DNA of 64,000 nucleotides from NCBI RefSeq assembly GCF_006345805.1, contig NC_043019.1, positions 5,641,360 to 5,705,359 of the forward strand. Direction: 5' to 3'. Numbering within the stretch: position 1 is the first letter of the stretch; each line of letters begins with the position of its first letter. The notes under the pieces are model-generated. The model had not been told where the DNA came from. It made no database searches and saw only the letters and a list, made by a program, of their open reading frames with translations. The position numbers and the translations under genes were made by a program. Source of the DNA: Octopus sinensis. Its lineage: Eukaryota. Shown piece by piece: positions 25,211 to 37,159 of this stretch.

Positions 25211-25496
25211 GGTACATCTTAATCATCATCATCATTTAAAGTCTGCCTTTCATGCTGGCCTGGATTTGCAAGTCTACATACACAGAGCAATATAATACGA
25301 TGTATTCAATCATGATTTAAAAGTCGCACTATTGTTGTAAACGTTACTGACTGCACATACTCAGTGCTTGTGTTTTGCTTGTTCCCCAGTTTGCTGCAAT
25401 ACAGTGCTCTGGGGATGATTCCCTAACACAGGGTGTTAAAATACTTGAAAGTCATAGACAGGTGTGACAACATGCCTGGAGGCAAGTTGTCACACC

Positions 25497-25727
25497 TATT
25501 TCTTTACTACCCACAAGGGGCTAAACACAGAGGGGACAAACAAGGACAGACAAACAGATTAAGTCTATTACATCGACCCCAGTGCATAACTGGTACTTAA
25601 TTTATCGACCCTGAAAGGATGAAAGGCAATGTCGACCTCGGCGGAATTTGAACTCAGAACGTAATGGCAGACAAAATATGGTTATGCATTTCGCCCGGCT
25701 TGCTAACGATTCTGCCAGCTCGCCGCC
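25497..25727 (-). mobile_element. SINE family B, full length
   Basis: Matches 6928-7157 and 38128-38342. Confidence 0.9.
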
Positions 25728-26318
25728 TTTGTCACACAAGTTGTCACACCTGTCACAGGAGTGATGGATACCAATATTTCATCATGTTTTGTGGCTTATC
25801 AACAGCATGTACTTGAATCAGGCTGAGGACAGGCTGAATTGCCAGTCTATAACTATATACAAATAGTGTAAGAACTCTTTGCTGGTTTGCCATGAATGCA
25901 CACAAAAGATAAAATTCAGTTACGAATTAAAAGCAGTACCAGTGTTGTGAACATTATTCACCACACATACTCGGATGTATAGATTAAAATAATGTGATTT
26001 ATATGCAAGGTAACACACGCATAGAAAAATTTATACTACAATGTATGTATGTTAAAATTCTTTAATACATATGTAAGGTAATATACATGCAGAAGAAAGT
26101 AAAGTGTATACAGTAAAGTTAGTGTAAGCATGTTTAATGCGTGGAGCATTGGCAAATATTATCCAAATTTACTTCAGTCCTAAGACAATTATTTGACAGA
26201 CTCTGTGAATATTAAATGACGGAGATTCTTTTACAACCATCCATATTCAAGCAATGATTCCAGTCAAGCTTCTTCTACTGACTTAGGTCTCCAATATTCT
26301 CTTAGAAAGTTAATAATA

Positions 26319-26726
26319 GGCGCAGGAGTGGCTGTGTGGTAGCTTGCTAACCAACCACATGGTTCCAGGTTCAGTCCCACTGCATGGCACCTTGTGTCTT
26401 CTGCTATAGCCCCGGGCCGACCAATGCCTTGTGAGTGGATTTGGTAGACGGAAACTGAAAGAAGCCTGTCGTATATATTTATATATATATGTGTATGTGT
26501 GTGTGTATGTTTGTGTGTCTGAGTTTGTCCCCCTAGGCATTGCTTGACAACCGATGCTGGTGTGTTTACGTCCCCGTGACTTAGCGGTTCGGCAACAGAG
26601 ACCGATAGAATAAGTACTGGGCTTACAAAGAATAAGTCCCGGGGTCGATTTGCTCAACTAAAGGCAATGCTCCAGCATGGCCACAGTCAAATGACTGAAA
26701 CAAGTAAAAGAAGAAAGATAAAAGAG
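26319..26726 (+). mobile_element. SINE family A, full length
   Basis: GGCGCAGGAGTGG head through AAAAGAG tail. Confidence 0.93.
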
Positions 26727-27140
26727 AATATTAGAGTTTACTTTTGTTCACAGGAGTTCTGTGGACATTGGAGTTTATACCTTCATTGACCCCTTCAAAA
26801 TGTAGTTAAATTAAAATACTGTATAAAGCTGCAAGATTAAAGATTATTGTAAAATGGTCGAATAAAGTCACTTTGCATGACTGTTGATTATCAATATACA
26901 GATGTTTATGACATATGGAAAGCTAACAGGATTTATTCCCCAGCGAAGAATCAGTTGTTTGGCCAATAAAATTTCTTGCCATAAATTTAATGGGGAAACA
27001 ACAGAATATTCCACAGATACACAAGAGTGGGAACTTAGTCTGAACCAGTATGACAAGGCTGAACCTTTGTATATTAATGGTACCATATATATATATATAT
27101 ATATATATATACCAAGAGAATTAGAGGTTGTGAATCCAAC

Positions 27141-27530
27141 CAACTAAGGGATAATATCTATCCAATATACTCCTGGCAAAATACCCGATTATTAATACAC
27201 TTATTTATATTTATATTTATTTATATTTATAACTTAACCTTATGTACTTTTTAAAATCTCTGACGAAGCCTAGAGAAACACCCAAGTAACTCAATTTCAT
27301 CTCCTTATTACTTCAGTCTACTGGAGGGATAAAGGTAGAATGAGGTATTTTTGCCTCTTGGCTGAAACAGCTGTAAGATATTTTCCCAATTTATATTCCT
27401 GTATGTTATATTGTAATAATTACTGGTATCTTTATATATATATATAATATATATTCTATATCTAAAGCATAATATGTTATACATGTATGTATATTCTTGT
27501 AACTGTCATTTTAGTAAATAAATAAATAAG
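27141..27530 (+). mobile_element. ~390-bp HHR-bearing element (Penelope-like LTR/mini-element), copy 1
   Basis: Reverse-complement twin at 32930-33290; contains the HHR at 27253-27384. Confidence 0.8.
27253..27384 (+). ncRNA. Type I hammerhead ribozyme with an ~80-nt hairpin extension of stem II
   Basis: AAAATCT-CTGACGA-AGCCTAGA-[81 nt]-TCTTGGCT-GAAAC-AGCT-GTA-AGATATTTT. Confidence 0.78.
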
Positions 27531-27595
27531 TTGACATAATATAATGTCTAAAAATTGATGAAAACCACCTATTGATCCCCTCCATTTTCTTATTG

Positions 27596-27635
<40 letters not shown>

Positions 27636-27653
27636 TATATATATATATATATA

Positions 27654-27704
<51 letters not shown>

Positions 27705-28377
27705 GAGAGAAAGAGGGAGAGAGAAGAATTAACTCCAGTTCATGATCGAGAATGAATGAAAAGTAAAGTTGAATTTGTTAGCACTTGAACTCACAGTGTA
27801 AGATAACTGGAAGAAATTCCAGAAACCATTCCCTTCCAATGTGCAATTGCACCAATTCACCACTTTTGAAACTCAGACAATCTTTAGGGAAATGATGAAA
27901 ACTTCATGAGACTTAGTTTGGGTTGCGAATAAACTGCAAGAAATCTTGTCTTGGCTCTCACCGTGGCAACTTGTTACTGTTTAACCTCGAGTCAAAATTT
28001 ATTAAACCAGATTTTAATGAAATACATTCCAGGCTTGACAATCCTGCCTTAGTACATTTAGTAGTAACTTATCAAATGCATCCTTCGTTCAAGTCAGTGG
28101 TTGGCTATTATTTCTAGCAGACTGAGCAACCAGGTGGAGGTTTCCTTTTGTGTAAAAAGGAAAGGTGGAAGCTGGTAAGTCAAGAATTCGTGGTTCACTG
28201 CTTTTGCTTCCTACATCCTGTACATATCTATTTCTAGGTATTAGTCTTACATATTTTATGTAAAGAGGAAGTTGGTAAAGATGATCAAAAGTTTATGACA
28301 CATTTTCATTCCATACATATATGCATGTGTGTATATATGTTAATGAGTGCGTGTTTATAATATATATATATATACAC

Positions 28378-28432
<55 letters not shown>

Positions 28433-28441
28433 CATACATAC

Positions 28442-28485
<44 letters not shown>

Positions 28486-28782
28486 TAGATAGATAGATAG
28501 ATAGATAGATGGATGGATGATGGATGGATGGATGGATGGATGGATGGATGGATGGATAGATATAATAGGTAATTGTTTTAGCCTTGGGTTATGGCCACAC
28601 TGGAGCACTGATGTTAGTTTGGTGGCTAGTTTGTTTCAACTCACCTTCACAAATGATCTTAATGGGATTTGAAGAAATATCACAGCATTTATTCCAACAC
28701 CCTACTGTTTCTGCCAGATTGCCAACTGGTGTTGGTTTGTTTATGTCCCCATAACTTAGCAGTTTGGCAAAAAAAAAAAGAC

Positions 28783-29205
28783 AGATCTTTTCGGTTTGAA
28801 CGGCAGTTTTTTCTAGCGGTGTCATATGAAATTGTCACCCATAATTATGACCCTAGTATCGATCTATTGCATTTCAATCTGTTTTAGGGTTAGGGTTAGG
28901 GTTAGGGGTGGGGGGAAGGTATCTTTTTTTCTTCAGAAATGTAAATAAACCCAATCTGTTTCTTAAACAAGGGACATATTCATACGGCACAGAGTGTTTT
29001 CGCCTCAATAGACAGTCATTGATTGGTTGAAATTGCAGAAATTGAAGAAAAAAAAAACCAAATATCTTACAAACTATAGAATTTTCTCAATAAAGCCAAG
29101 AGAAAAAGATGTTTTATAAACACATTCTACCAGTATACGAAGTTTAAAATTTTTTAGTTACGTGGATATTATTTTAAAAAACTGCCGTTCAAACTGAAAA
29201 GATCC
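28783..29205. mobile_element. 423-bp MITE with (G/A)GATCTTTTC termini and 8-bp TSD (Merlin-like), containing (TTAGGG)4
   Basis: TIR GATCTTTTCGGTTTGAACGGCAGTTTTT; TSD CAAAAGAC (left copy A-expanded); inserted in an old SINE A tail; shares a subterminal segment with the 14384 MITE. Confidence 0.82.
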
Positions 29206-29450
29206 CAAAAGACTGATAAAATAAATACCAGCCTTTGAAAAAAAAATGCACTGGAGTTGATTTGTTCGACTGAAACCTTCAAAGTTGTGCCCCAACATGA
29301 CCGCTGTCCAATGGCTGAAACAAATATAAGATGAAACACACACACACACACACACACAGACAAGAAGATGATATGTCAAATGCAGTATAGCTGTGAAAAC
29401 AACAGAAAGATCTGATATTATTATCCTTAAGACAGAAAAAATCGTCAACA

Positions 29451-29520
29451 GACAATCATGGGACTCGAACCCACCCCACCAGGATACCAGCTGGGTATTC
29501 TACCATTAAGCTAAACTACC
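29451..29520 (-). pseudogene. Decayed tRNA-like sequence (anticodon reads GGT) or orphan SINE head
   Basis: A box TAGCTTAATGGTAGA, B box GGTTCGAGTCCC, intact T stem; acceptor stem mostly G.T pairs; anticodon stem mismatched. Confidence 0.55.
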
Positions 29521-30054
29521 CACTGACAACAATCTCTATCAAATTATGTGCTAGACACATAGCTTTTGGGAATATCACCAGCATTTAAGATCTTGTTGGA
29601 CAGTTTCACAAGAATAGAAGAGCCAAAGGATTGTGCCAAACCTCAATGTCCGTTTGGGATGGTTTCTGTGGCTGGATGCCCTTTCTAACTCTGACCACTT
29701 TAAAGAATATTCTAGTGATGTCCCTAAGTAACTTGCAAGGTAAGCCCTTTCAACTGAATGGGGGTGTTGTACTGGTGTTGAGAGGGACAAGAAATAAGGT
29801 GTCTTGCTGAAGAGGAGGTACATAGCTTCACCAGCTAGAAAGAGAAAGATGGCGGTGAAGGTGGAATATTTAGGGTACAAGAGAAAGAACAGGGACAGAG
29901 GATCAAAAAGGGTGGGTAAGTTTAAGTGAATGTGAAAGGTGAGTAACAGGTAGACACAATGGAAGGGGGGACATAGAAGGAGTCCTGGTCAGTAGTAAAT
30001 ATTAGTTTGTTGTTGATGGACGAAGGAATTTGGAACGGGTCGACATTGCAGTTA

Positions 30055-30268
30055 AGTACTTTATTTTGAGGTGCTTTGTGTTTCTTTCAGTTACTTTAAA
30101 ATATAACAACGAATTTAGTAAAATAATTTAGTTATCACTAAGCTAATTTTAGAAACTTAAATTGTGACAAAGGTTTGGTGGAAGATTTTAATTAAAAACT
30201 TATGAAAACAAGACATTTGTACTACAGAGCCAGAGCTAGTTTCAGCCGGGTTGGTAACGAAAGGGTTA
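30055..30268. mobile_element. piggyBac-like MITE, partial
   Basis: Same family as 36599-37159 and 61020-61671; one terminus GAAAGGGTTAG. Confidence 0.7.
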
Positions 30269-30663
30269 GCTGAAACGGGAGTCATTTTAACAATTTATAA
30301 GCAACACAAAAACTGTTGCATTAGTTTTCTGTATAATGTTGGAATTTATTATAAAGGGGTACATCTTTCCCTGTACTTTTGTAACCTACTTCATCCACTG
30401 CAACTTCAAGGAGACGAAAGTAGAGATGCAGTGGAAATGATGCAGAACTGTGTCAGTGGAGAAGGGGAAGTGGCAGACATTCTCACATAACAAACGATTC
30501 TACAAAGAAATGACAGCTTTTCGTGTGTTTTAAAATCTTGATGACTGTTCTATGATGTAACTATTATTACACATACACGCACAAGCATACAGGGTGTCCC
30601 CAAAAATGTATACCCACTTTAACAGCTGAGAACTCAATTTTCATTTTCTTTTTAGATTTAACC

Positions 30664-31292
30664 CAGTGTTTCCAGATCATTTTTTTTGTCTATGGACCCC
30701 TTCAATTTCTAATTTACTTTATTGGAGCTCCATAGCCATTAAATGTATATATAAAAAAAAAGATCATCATCATCATCGTTTAAGTCCGCTTTCCATGCTA
30801 GCATGGGTTGGACGATTTTGACTGAGGCCTGGCAAACCAGATGGTTGCACCAGGCTTCAATCTTGATCTCGCAGAGTTTCTACAGCTGGATGCCCTTCCT
30901 AATGCCAACCACTCCGAGAGTGTAGTGGGTGCTATTACATACCACCGGCACAGGGGCCAGTCAGGCGGTACTGGCAACAACCTCGCTCGAATCTTTTTAC
31001 ACATGCGAATGGCACAGGTGCCAGTAAGGTGACACTGGTAACGATCCCACTCGAATGGTGCCTCTTACATGCCACTGGCACGGAAGCCAGTTAGCCGCTC
31101 TGGCAATGATCATGCTCGGATGGTGCTCAATCCTTCTGTATTTATAGAATTAAATATTATTAGGAATTGCATAAAAAAACTGCAATGTTTTGTGCATTGT
31201 AGAAGCACAAGCAATTAATTGAACATAAATTTAACAATAAAATTTTTGATGGACCCCTAAGGGCCATACTGGACCCTACTTGAGAGCCACTG
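30664..31292. mobile_element. hAT-type MITE nested in the Tc1 element
   Basis: CAGTG...CACTG termini; exact 8-bp TSD ATTTAACC at 30656-63 and 31293-300. Confidence 0.82.
30763..31128 (-). mobile_element. Repeat family C nested in the hAT MITE
   Basis: (CAT)n tail, GGATGCCCTTCCTAATGCCAAC core, three diverged ~60-bp modules. Confidence 0.88.
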
Positions 31293-32463
31293 ATTTAACC
31301 CATTAGAAGTAAGGAATAGAGCTTTGGAAAAAGGAAATTATCCTAAAGTACTCCTGGATGTTTGAAAATGTAGAATGCAGTTGTGATGCAAAGACAAGGG
31401 AGTTTTGAGCAGATCTACCTCTGCTCAAATCAGAAATAAGTATGAAGTGGACAGAACTTTTCAGAATGCTTACAAAAAATGTTCCGGAAGACTGCAGACA
31501 TTGACAAGCCCCACAAAGCAAGAAAGGGTACCAGAAATACATAAGCAGAGTTGAAGAAAATCTTCGCAGTGAGCAAGTTATGAGACAGAAATTTCAAAAT
31601 GAAGCATCAATTACATCAAAGCATTGTCACTGGAAAAGTTTCATTCCAAGAATAGTTCATGAATAGAAATTCCAAGAACAGTCTGTCCGGGTGGAAGATT
31701 GGAACTTTTTGAGTGGTACTTTGAACATGTGAAGATGTTCAGTTTGTTTTGGAGTGATGAGGGTACATTTAAGTTAAATGGCTCAATAACCACCACATTT
31801 GCACCTACTGGGCACCTGAGAATCTGCATATTACAGAAGATCATCATCATCATCATCATCATCATCATGCTAATTTATCAGGATTTACAGTATGGTGCGG
31901 CTTTGCATCAAATGGATTAATCAGACTGTTCTTTTATGATGGTACTGTGGCCGACCCCCTTGGACTTATTGTAACAATCTGTCATGCCAAGTATTCAAAA
32001 CGTCTGAAGATGTAGAATTTAATTTCCAACAAGATTAGGCACTCCAACACTACTCTAACAATGCAAGAACATACCTTGATGAGAACTTTCTCAAACAGGT
32101 GAATGGACAAAGAAGTTCAGAAGAATACCCTTAATGGACCCCACACAACTATACAGATACTTAAAAGATAAAGTTTATGGTACAAAAATGACAACATTGC
32201 ATGAATTGAGGGCTGCACTTGAATGGGAATGCACAAAAATATCAAACAAAATGTTTCTTCTTATTATTTATGATTTCACTGCTTCATGTTATCAGCCTTA
32301 GCCAGAATGGATTTCAGTTTTTAAAACAGGTCTCCAATAAAATAATCAAATTCTGTCCATATGAAATATATTTTAATAAACGTTGAATTAATACGCGTTC
32401 ATTGTATATATATTTTTGGGGAGGGATACCCAGTGTATGTAAGTATGTATGTTTGTATGTATG

Positions 32464-32544
<81 letters not shown>

Positions 32545-32709
32545 TATAGCAATAAGAAAATGGAGGGGATCAATAGGTGGTTCATCAACTTTTAGACATT
32601 ATATTACGTTAACTTATTTATTTACTAAACTGATACTTACAAGAATATTTCTCCTCTCTCTCTCTCTGGGAATACAAAGGAGTGACAGAGAGAGAGAGGA
32701 GAAATGGAA

Positions 32710-32927
32710 AGACAAGAAAAGACGTCAACAAGAAACTATGGCATTACAACCAGCCAGGAACAGTCTTCGCTACATTTGCGGTACCTGCCAGAGGGAGTGT
32801 TTGTCTAGGATAGGACTACACAGCCACAGCAGGAAATGTATTAGGACATGAAATGTAAAAGCCGGACTAGACTATTTCATGCGCAACTCCATTGTCTCCC
32901 GAGACAAAAAGGATGCCAACAACTTAC
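32710..32927 (+). mobile_element. RTE-BovB-like LINE 3' end
   Basis: Frame reads ICGTCQRECLSRIGLHSHSRKC; 3' UTR hairpin GTCTC/GAGAC then GGATGCC(AAC)n. Confidence 0.75.
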
Positions 32928-32929
32928 AA

Positions 32930-33290
32930 TAATATACATACATGTATAACATATTATGCTTTACATATAAGATATAAAATATATCAATATATAAGGATAC
33001 CAGTAATTATTATAAAATAACAAACATGAATATAAATTGAGAAAATAACTTACAGCTGTTTCAGCCAAGAGGTAAAAATACCTCATTCCACCTTTATTAC
33101 TCCAGTAGACTGAAGTAATAGGTAGATGAAGTTGAGGTACTTGGGTGTTTCTCTAAGCTTTGTCAGAGATTTTAGAAAGTACATAAGGTTAAGTTATAAA
33201 TATAAATAAATATAAATATAAATAAGAGTATTAATAATCGGGTATTTTACCAGCAGAATATTGGATAGATATTATCCCTTAGTTGGGATA
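32930..33290 (-). mobile_element. ~360-bp HHR-bearing element, copy 2 (inverted relative to copy 1)
   Basis: Aligns to 27141-27530; HHR at ~33045-33175 has core CTGACAA (G8 to A). Confidence 0.8.
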
Positions 33291-33619
33291 AAATAAATAA
33301 AAAAAATAAAATTACACACACATTTGAATACTTATATATATAGATATACATATACATACATATATAGATATATATAAATATTTGTAAGCATATAAGTTGT
33401 GTATATGTGATATGTGTGTGAATCTCTCAATACACGCACACACACACACACACGCACACACAATTGTGTGTGTAAAGTTCCGAGCAAGCAGTCCTAAATG
33501 CACCTATTTAGCAACAACTACAATAATAAGGGCAATTACATATAGACAGTGTTATAAGGTGTTGAAGAGAGGCAAAGATATTTAGGGCCAGGTATATGAG
33601 TATGTCGGTCTTTACTTAC

Positions 33620-33749
33620 CTTCGTCATCCGACACCGCCTGTACCATATTGGTATTGCAGCCAGCCTGGATCGCTAGAATCTCAACTGTGGACTTTACCA
33701 ACACACTTGGTAGAGGACCAACCGGTAGATCTACTTTACTGTCGTTCAT
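33620..33749 (-). CDS. Candidate exon (M)NDSKVDLPVGPLPSVLVKSTVEILAIQAGCNTNMVQAVSDDE(G)
   Basis: Perfect GAAG|gtaagta donor; only one frame open; non-repetitive sequence; 5' boundary uncertain. Confidence 0.5.
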
Positions 33750-33818
33750 AGATCTACTTTGCTGTTTATTTGACTGGCTACTGTAGTAGTAGTAGTAGCA
33801 GTAGTAGCAGTAGTAGTC

Positions 33819-33864
<46 letters not shown>

Positions 33865-33985
33865 AGGTGTGTTGATGTTTTAGACTCTGTATCCCAGTTT
33901 TAACTAATGTGAGAGAGGAACTGACAAAGTGACATTGTGTGTCACTGTTGTGTTACTATAACTGTAGTAGTAGTAGTAGTAGTAG

Positions 33986-34019
<34 letters not shown>

Positions 34020-34327
34020 TGTTGTTGTTGTTGTTGTTAGTGGTAGTGGCGGTGGTGGTGGTGGTGTTGTTGTGTATGACCATCAGCTAAGGCAGTTCTT
34101 TTAAGACTTGTCTCAATGTCAGTCACTGCTCTAATGACCAACCTTAACCATTGACCTCTCTCCTTAGACAGTTGTGAAAATATGAAGAGGTGGAGAGAAA
34201 GGCTGTGAGGAACTGTAAGTACATATGTCTCGGTCAGTGTGTATGTGTGTGATGGCATCGCAGTTGTTGATGTTTTTGTTATATTAAAGATATATATAAA
34301 TAAAAAACAAAATAAATAAATATATAT

Positions 34328-34718
34328 TCTTTTACTCTTTTACTTGTTTCAGTCATTTGACTGCGACCATCCTGGAGCACCGCTTTTAGTCGAAGAAATC
34401 GACCTCAGGACTTATTCTTTGTAAGCCTAGTACTTATTCTATCGGTCTCTTTTGCTGAACCGCTAAGTTACGGGGATGTAAACACACCACCATCAGTTGC
34501 CAAATGATGTTGGGGGAACAAACACAGACACACAGACATATACACACACATACATATATACGACGGGCTTCTTTCAGTTTCCGTTGACCAAATCCACTCA
34601 CAAGGCTTTGGTCAACCCGAGGCAATAGTAGAAGACACTTACCCAAGGTGCCACACAGTGGGACTGAACCCAGAACCATGTGGTTGGTAAGCAAGCTACT
34701 TACCACACAGCCACTCCT
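34328..34718 (-). mobile_element. SINE family A, full length
   Basis: Reverse-complement copy of family A. Confidence 0.92.
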
Positions 34719-36598
34719 AATGTATGTGTATGTGTATATAATGTGAGAGACAGAAGATGGAAGATCCGAAAATGTTTATTAATCACGACAATTGTTTTGA
34801 CCCTTCTAGCATCAATCCCTCACGGGTGGAATACTTAGCAACTGGTTTAGGAGTATCCAATAGTGGTGATGCATCTCTACAGGTGATCATATATTTGTAG
34901 TATAAGATATGGATTTGGTTGGCTGTCACAGGAAGCTCCTCTAAAGGACTTGGCTTTCAAACCACATGATGATCCAATACAGAGGAGTGTAATGCAAGGT
35001 GTCCATACAGCGTAAGAGGGTGGTGTACTATTGAAAGAAGTAGCTTTATGCCGGGTGGTAAGAGGTTAAAGTATGTCAAAGGGATAGAAACAGGAGTCTA
35101 GCAGTAGAGGAGATACATGACTACCCCAGTATATCAGGAAGGTGAACATAAGAGAAGCAGTCCAGAGGATTGGGCAGAATGACCCGGTAGGTGAGTTGAC
35201 AAGAGTTTGTAAGGAGAGTGGCAGATGGGTAGAAGTAGGGATAAATATGAATGCAGTGAATGGTGAACACAAGTAGAGATGTGGTCGATGGGGAATACCA
35301 GTTTGGAAGAGAAAATTGGAGGAAATAGGATCAGGACAGGTATGTGATAGGTGACAGCACAAATGATGTGAAGAGTGGGAAATGATGTGCAAGAGATGTA
35401 CAGTGACAGAGATGAAGTTTGAGATACATAGGGGTAAAAGTAGTGGGAGGTCAATATAAGTAGTGGGAACTGCCATTAGCAGAATGAGAGGGTGTAAAGG
35501 GGAAGAGTGGAGATGGAGAAGATGTTCAGTAAAAAATAAGATGGTTGGGTATGATATTGAGAATGCGAGAATGAAGTGGCCCCGAGGAGGATGAGTGGAA
35601 GCACAAAAGAGGTGGGGAATGAAATATACTCAGTTCCACTCTTGTATAGTTATAGTAGATGCATGAAAAGTACTGTAGTCAGAAGAGGGATGGAGGGGAA
35701 GTGTTAGGAAGAATAGCCATAAGGAAGAGACATGTTGGGGACAGATTGGTAGCAGAGACACACATGGATAATATGCATTTAGGGTTTAATTTGTGCCAAA
35801 GAGGATGGGGTTTCTGAAGCACAGTAAATCATCAATCGTCTCAATCTTGTGTCATCTCCTTCATAAGACTCAACATCTCGAGATCATTCTTTATTCCTTC
35901 ATTCCACGTTTTCTTGAGTTTCCTTCTGCTAAAGGTTCCATTCACATTTAGCGATTGGTGCTTCCTTTATACAGGTGTCCTAATTCATGCACCTCACACA
36001 ACCACACCAGCACAGTTTTCTCTCTTGCATCTGTTGCTTTTTATGTTCAATTTTTCTCTCCATTTGCTCCTTTTTGTTCTTGCACACTGATATCGCACAT
36101 TTATCTGCGTGTGATAGCTTCATTTCTTTCTAGCCTTCGCATGTCCTCTGCATCCACAGCACAAGATTCACTACCATGCGGTACTGTTGTTCATACACAA
36201 GCATCATACAATCTGGCTTTAGTTACTAACAGAGGTAATAGTTTTCGGAAACTTCCACTTACTTATTCTTATTCTAGTGACTATGCTTTCAGCGCATCCT
36301 CCTCCACTGCTAATTAGGTAACAGAAACCATCTGCTATCTCTAAGAATCCTTCTAAGCATTTGAGAAAATCTGTTTTCTGTGTGTATTGTTCCTGCACAG
36401 CTACCACAAATCTACTTTCACTATTGTCATTTTGTGATTCCACTGCAGTTCTTATAAAGTCTCAAGTTGGCACAGGGCGAACCCCATGGAATTTCTCTAA
36501 ACTTTTCTACATATTGAACTCAGCCATTTTCTAAAGAGATAAATGTTTTGTCTATTTCTGGCTTACTAGAACTTTGGTCATTGCTAAGATAACCTTAA

Positions 36599-37159
36599 CC
36601 CTTTTGTTACTAACCCGGCTGAAACCGGCTCTGGCTCTGAGTATGAACGTCTTGTTTTCATAAGTTCTGAATTAAAATCTTCCACCAAACCTTGGTCACA
36701 ATTTATGTTCCTAACACTGCTGTGACCTCCTTCAGTCATGACTGACAATGGGATTGCTCCTAGAAAGTTACCCTCCCAGGCACATGTCCGGGCAAGGTTG
36801 TTTACAGAATACCAGTAGTCGCCCATGCATACCGGCCTCTTCTCTCCACGTCACCAGTGTTATCCAAGGGAAAGGCAAGGGCTGATACAGCTTGGCACTT
36901 GTGATGTCGCAACTCATTTCTACAGCTGAGTGAATTGGAGCAGCGTGAAATAAAGTATCTTGCTCAAGAACATAACACGCAGCCTGGTCTGAGATTCGAA
37001 CTCACAACCACACGATCGTAGGCTCGACGCTCTAACCACTGAGCCATGCGCCTTCACTAGCTTCATGATAACTAAGTTATTATTTTACTAAATCCTTTCT
37101 TATATTTAAAGTAATTGAAAGAAACGCAGCATCTCAAAATAAATACAGTATTGAAAGGG
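36599..37159. mobile_element. piggyBac-like MITE
   Basis: TTAA TSDs at 36595-98 and 37160-63; CCCTTT/AAAGGG termini. Confidence 0.88.
36719..37057 (-). mobile_element. SINE family D (tRNA head) nested in the MITE
   Basis: Head GTGAAGGCGCATGGCTCAGTGGTTAGAGCGTCG..GAGTTCGAATCTC. Confidence 0.88.

Larger units (their letters stand above)
30588..32437 (+). mobile_element. Decayed IS630-Tc1-mariner transposon with nested insertions
   Basis: TIR-like TACAGGGTGTCCCCAAAAATGTATAC / GTATATATATTTTTGGGGAGGGATACCCAGTGTA; remnants [28 protein letters not shown]. Confidence 0.75.

Noticed and set aside
26748-27080. Plus-strand exon candidates SSVDIGVYTFIDPFK and DVYDIWKANRIYSP
   Set aside because: Their phases do not join, the donors are weak and no recognisable protein results.
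28118-28174. 57-nt plus-strand exon candidate with a gtaagt donor
   Set aside because: Isolated, with no supported partner exons; expected by chance in 64 kb, though not excluded.
28884-28907. Telomere or chromosome-fusion relic
   Set aside because: Only four repeats, and they lie inside a TIR/TSD-bounded MITE.
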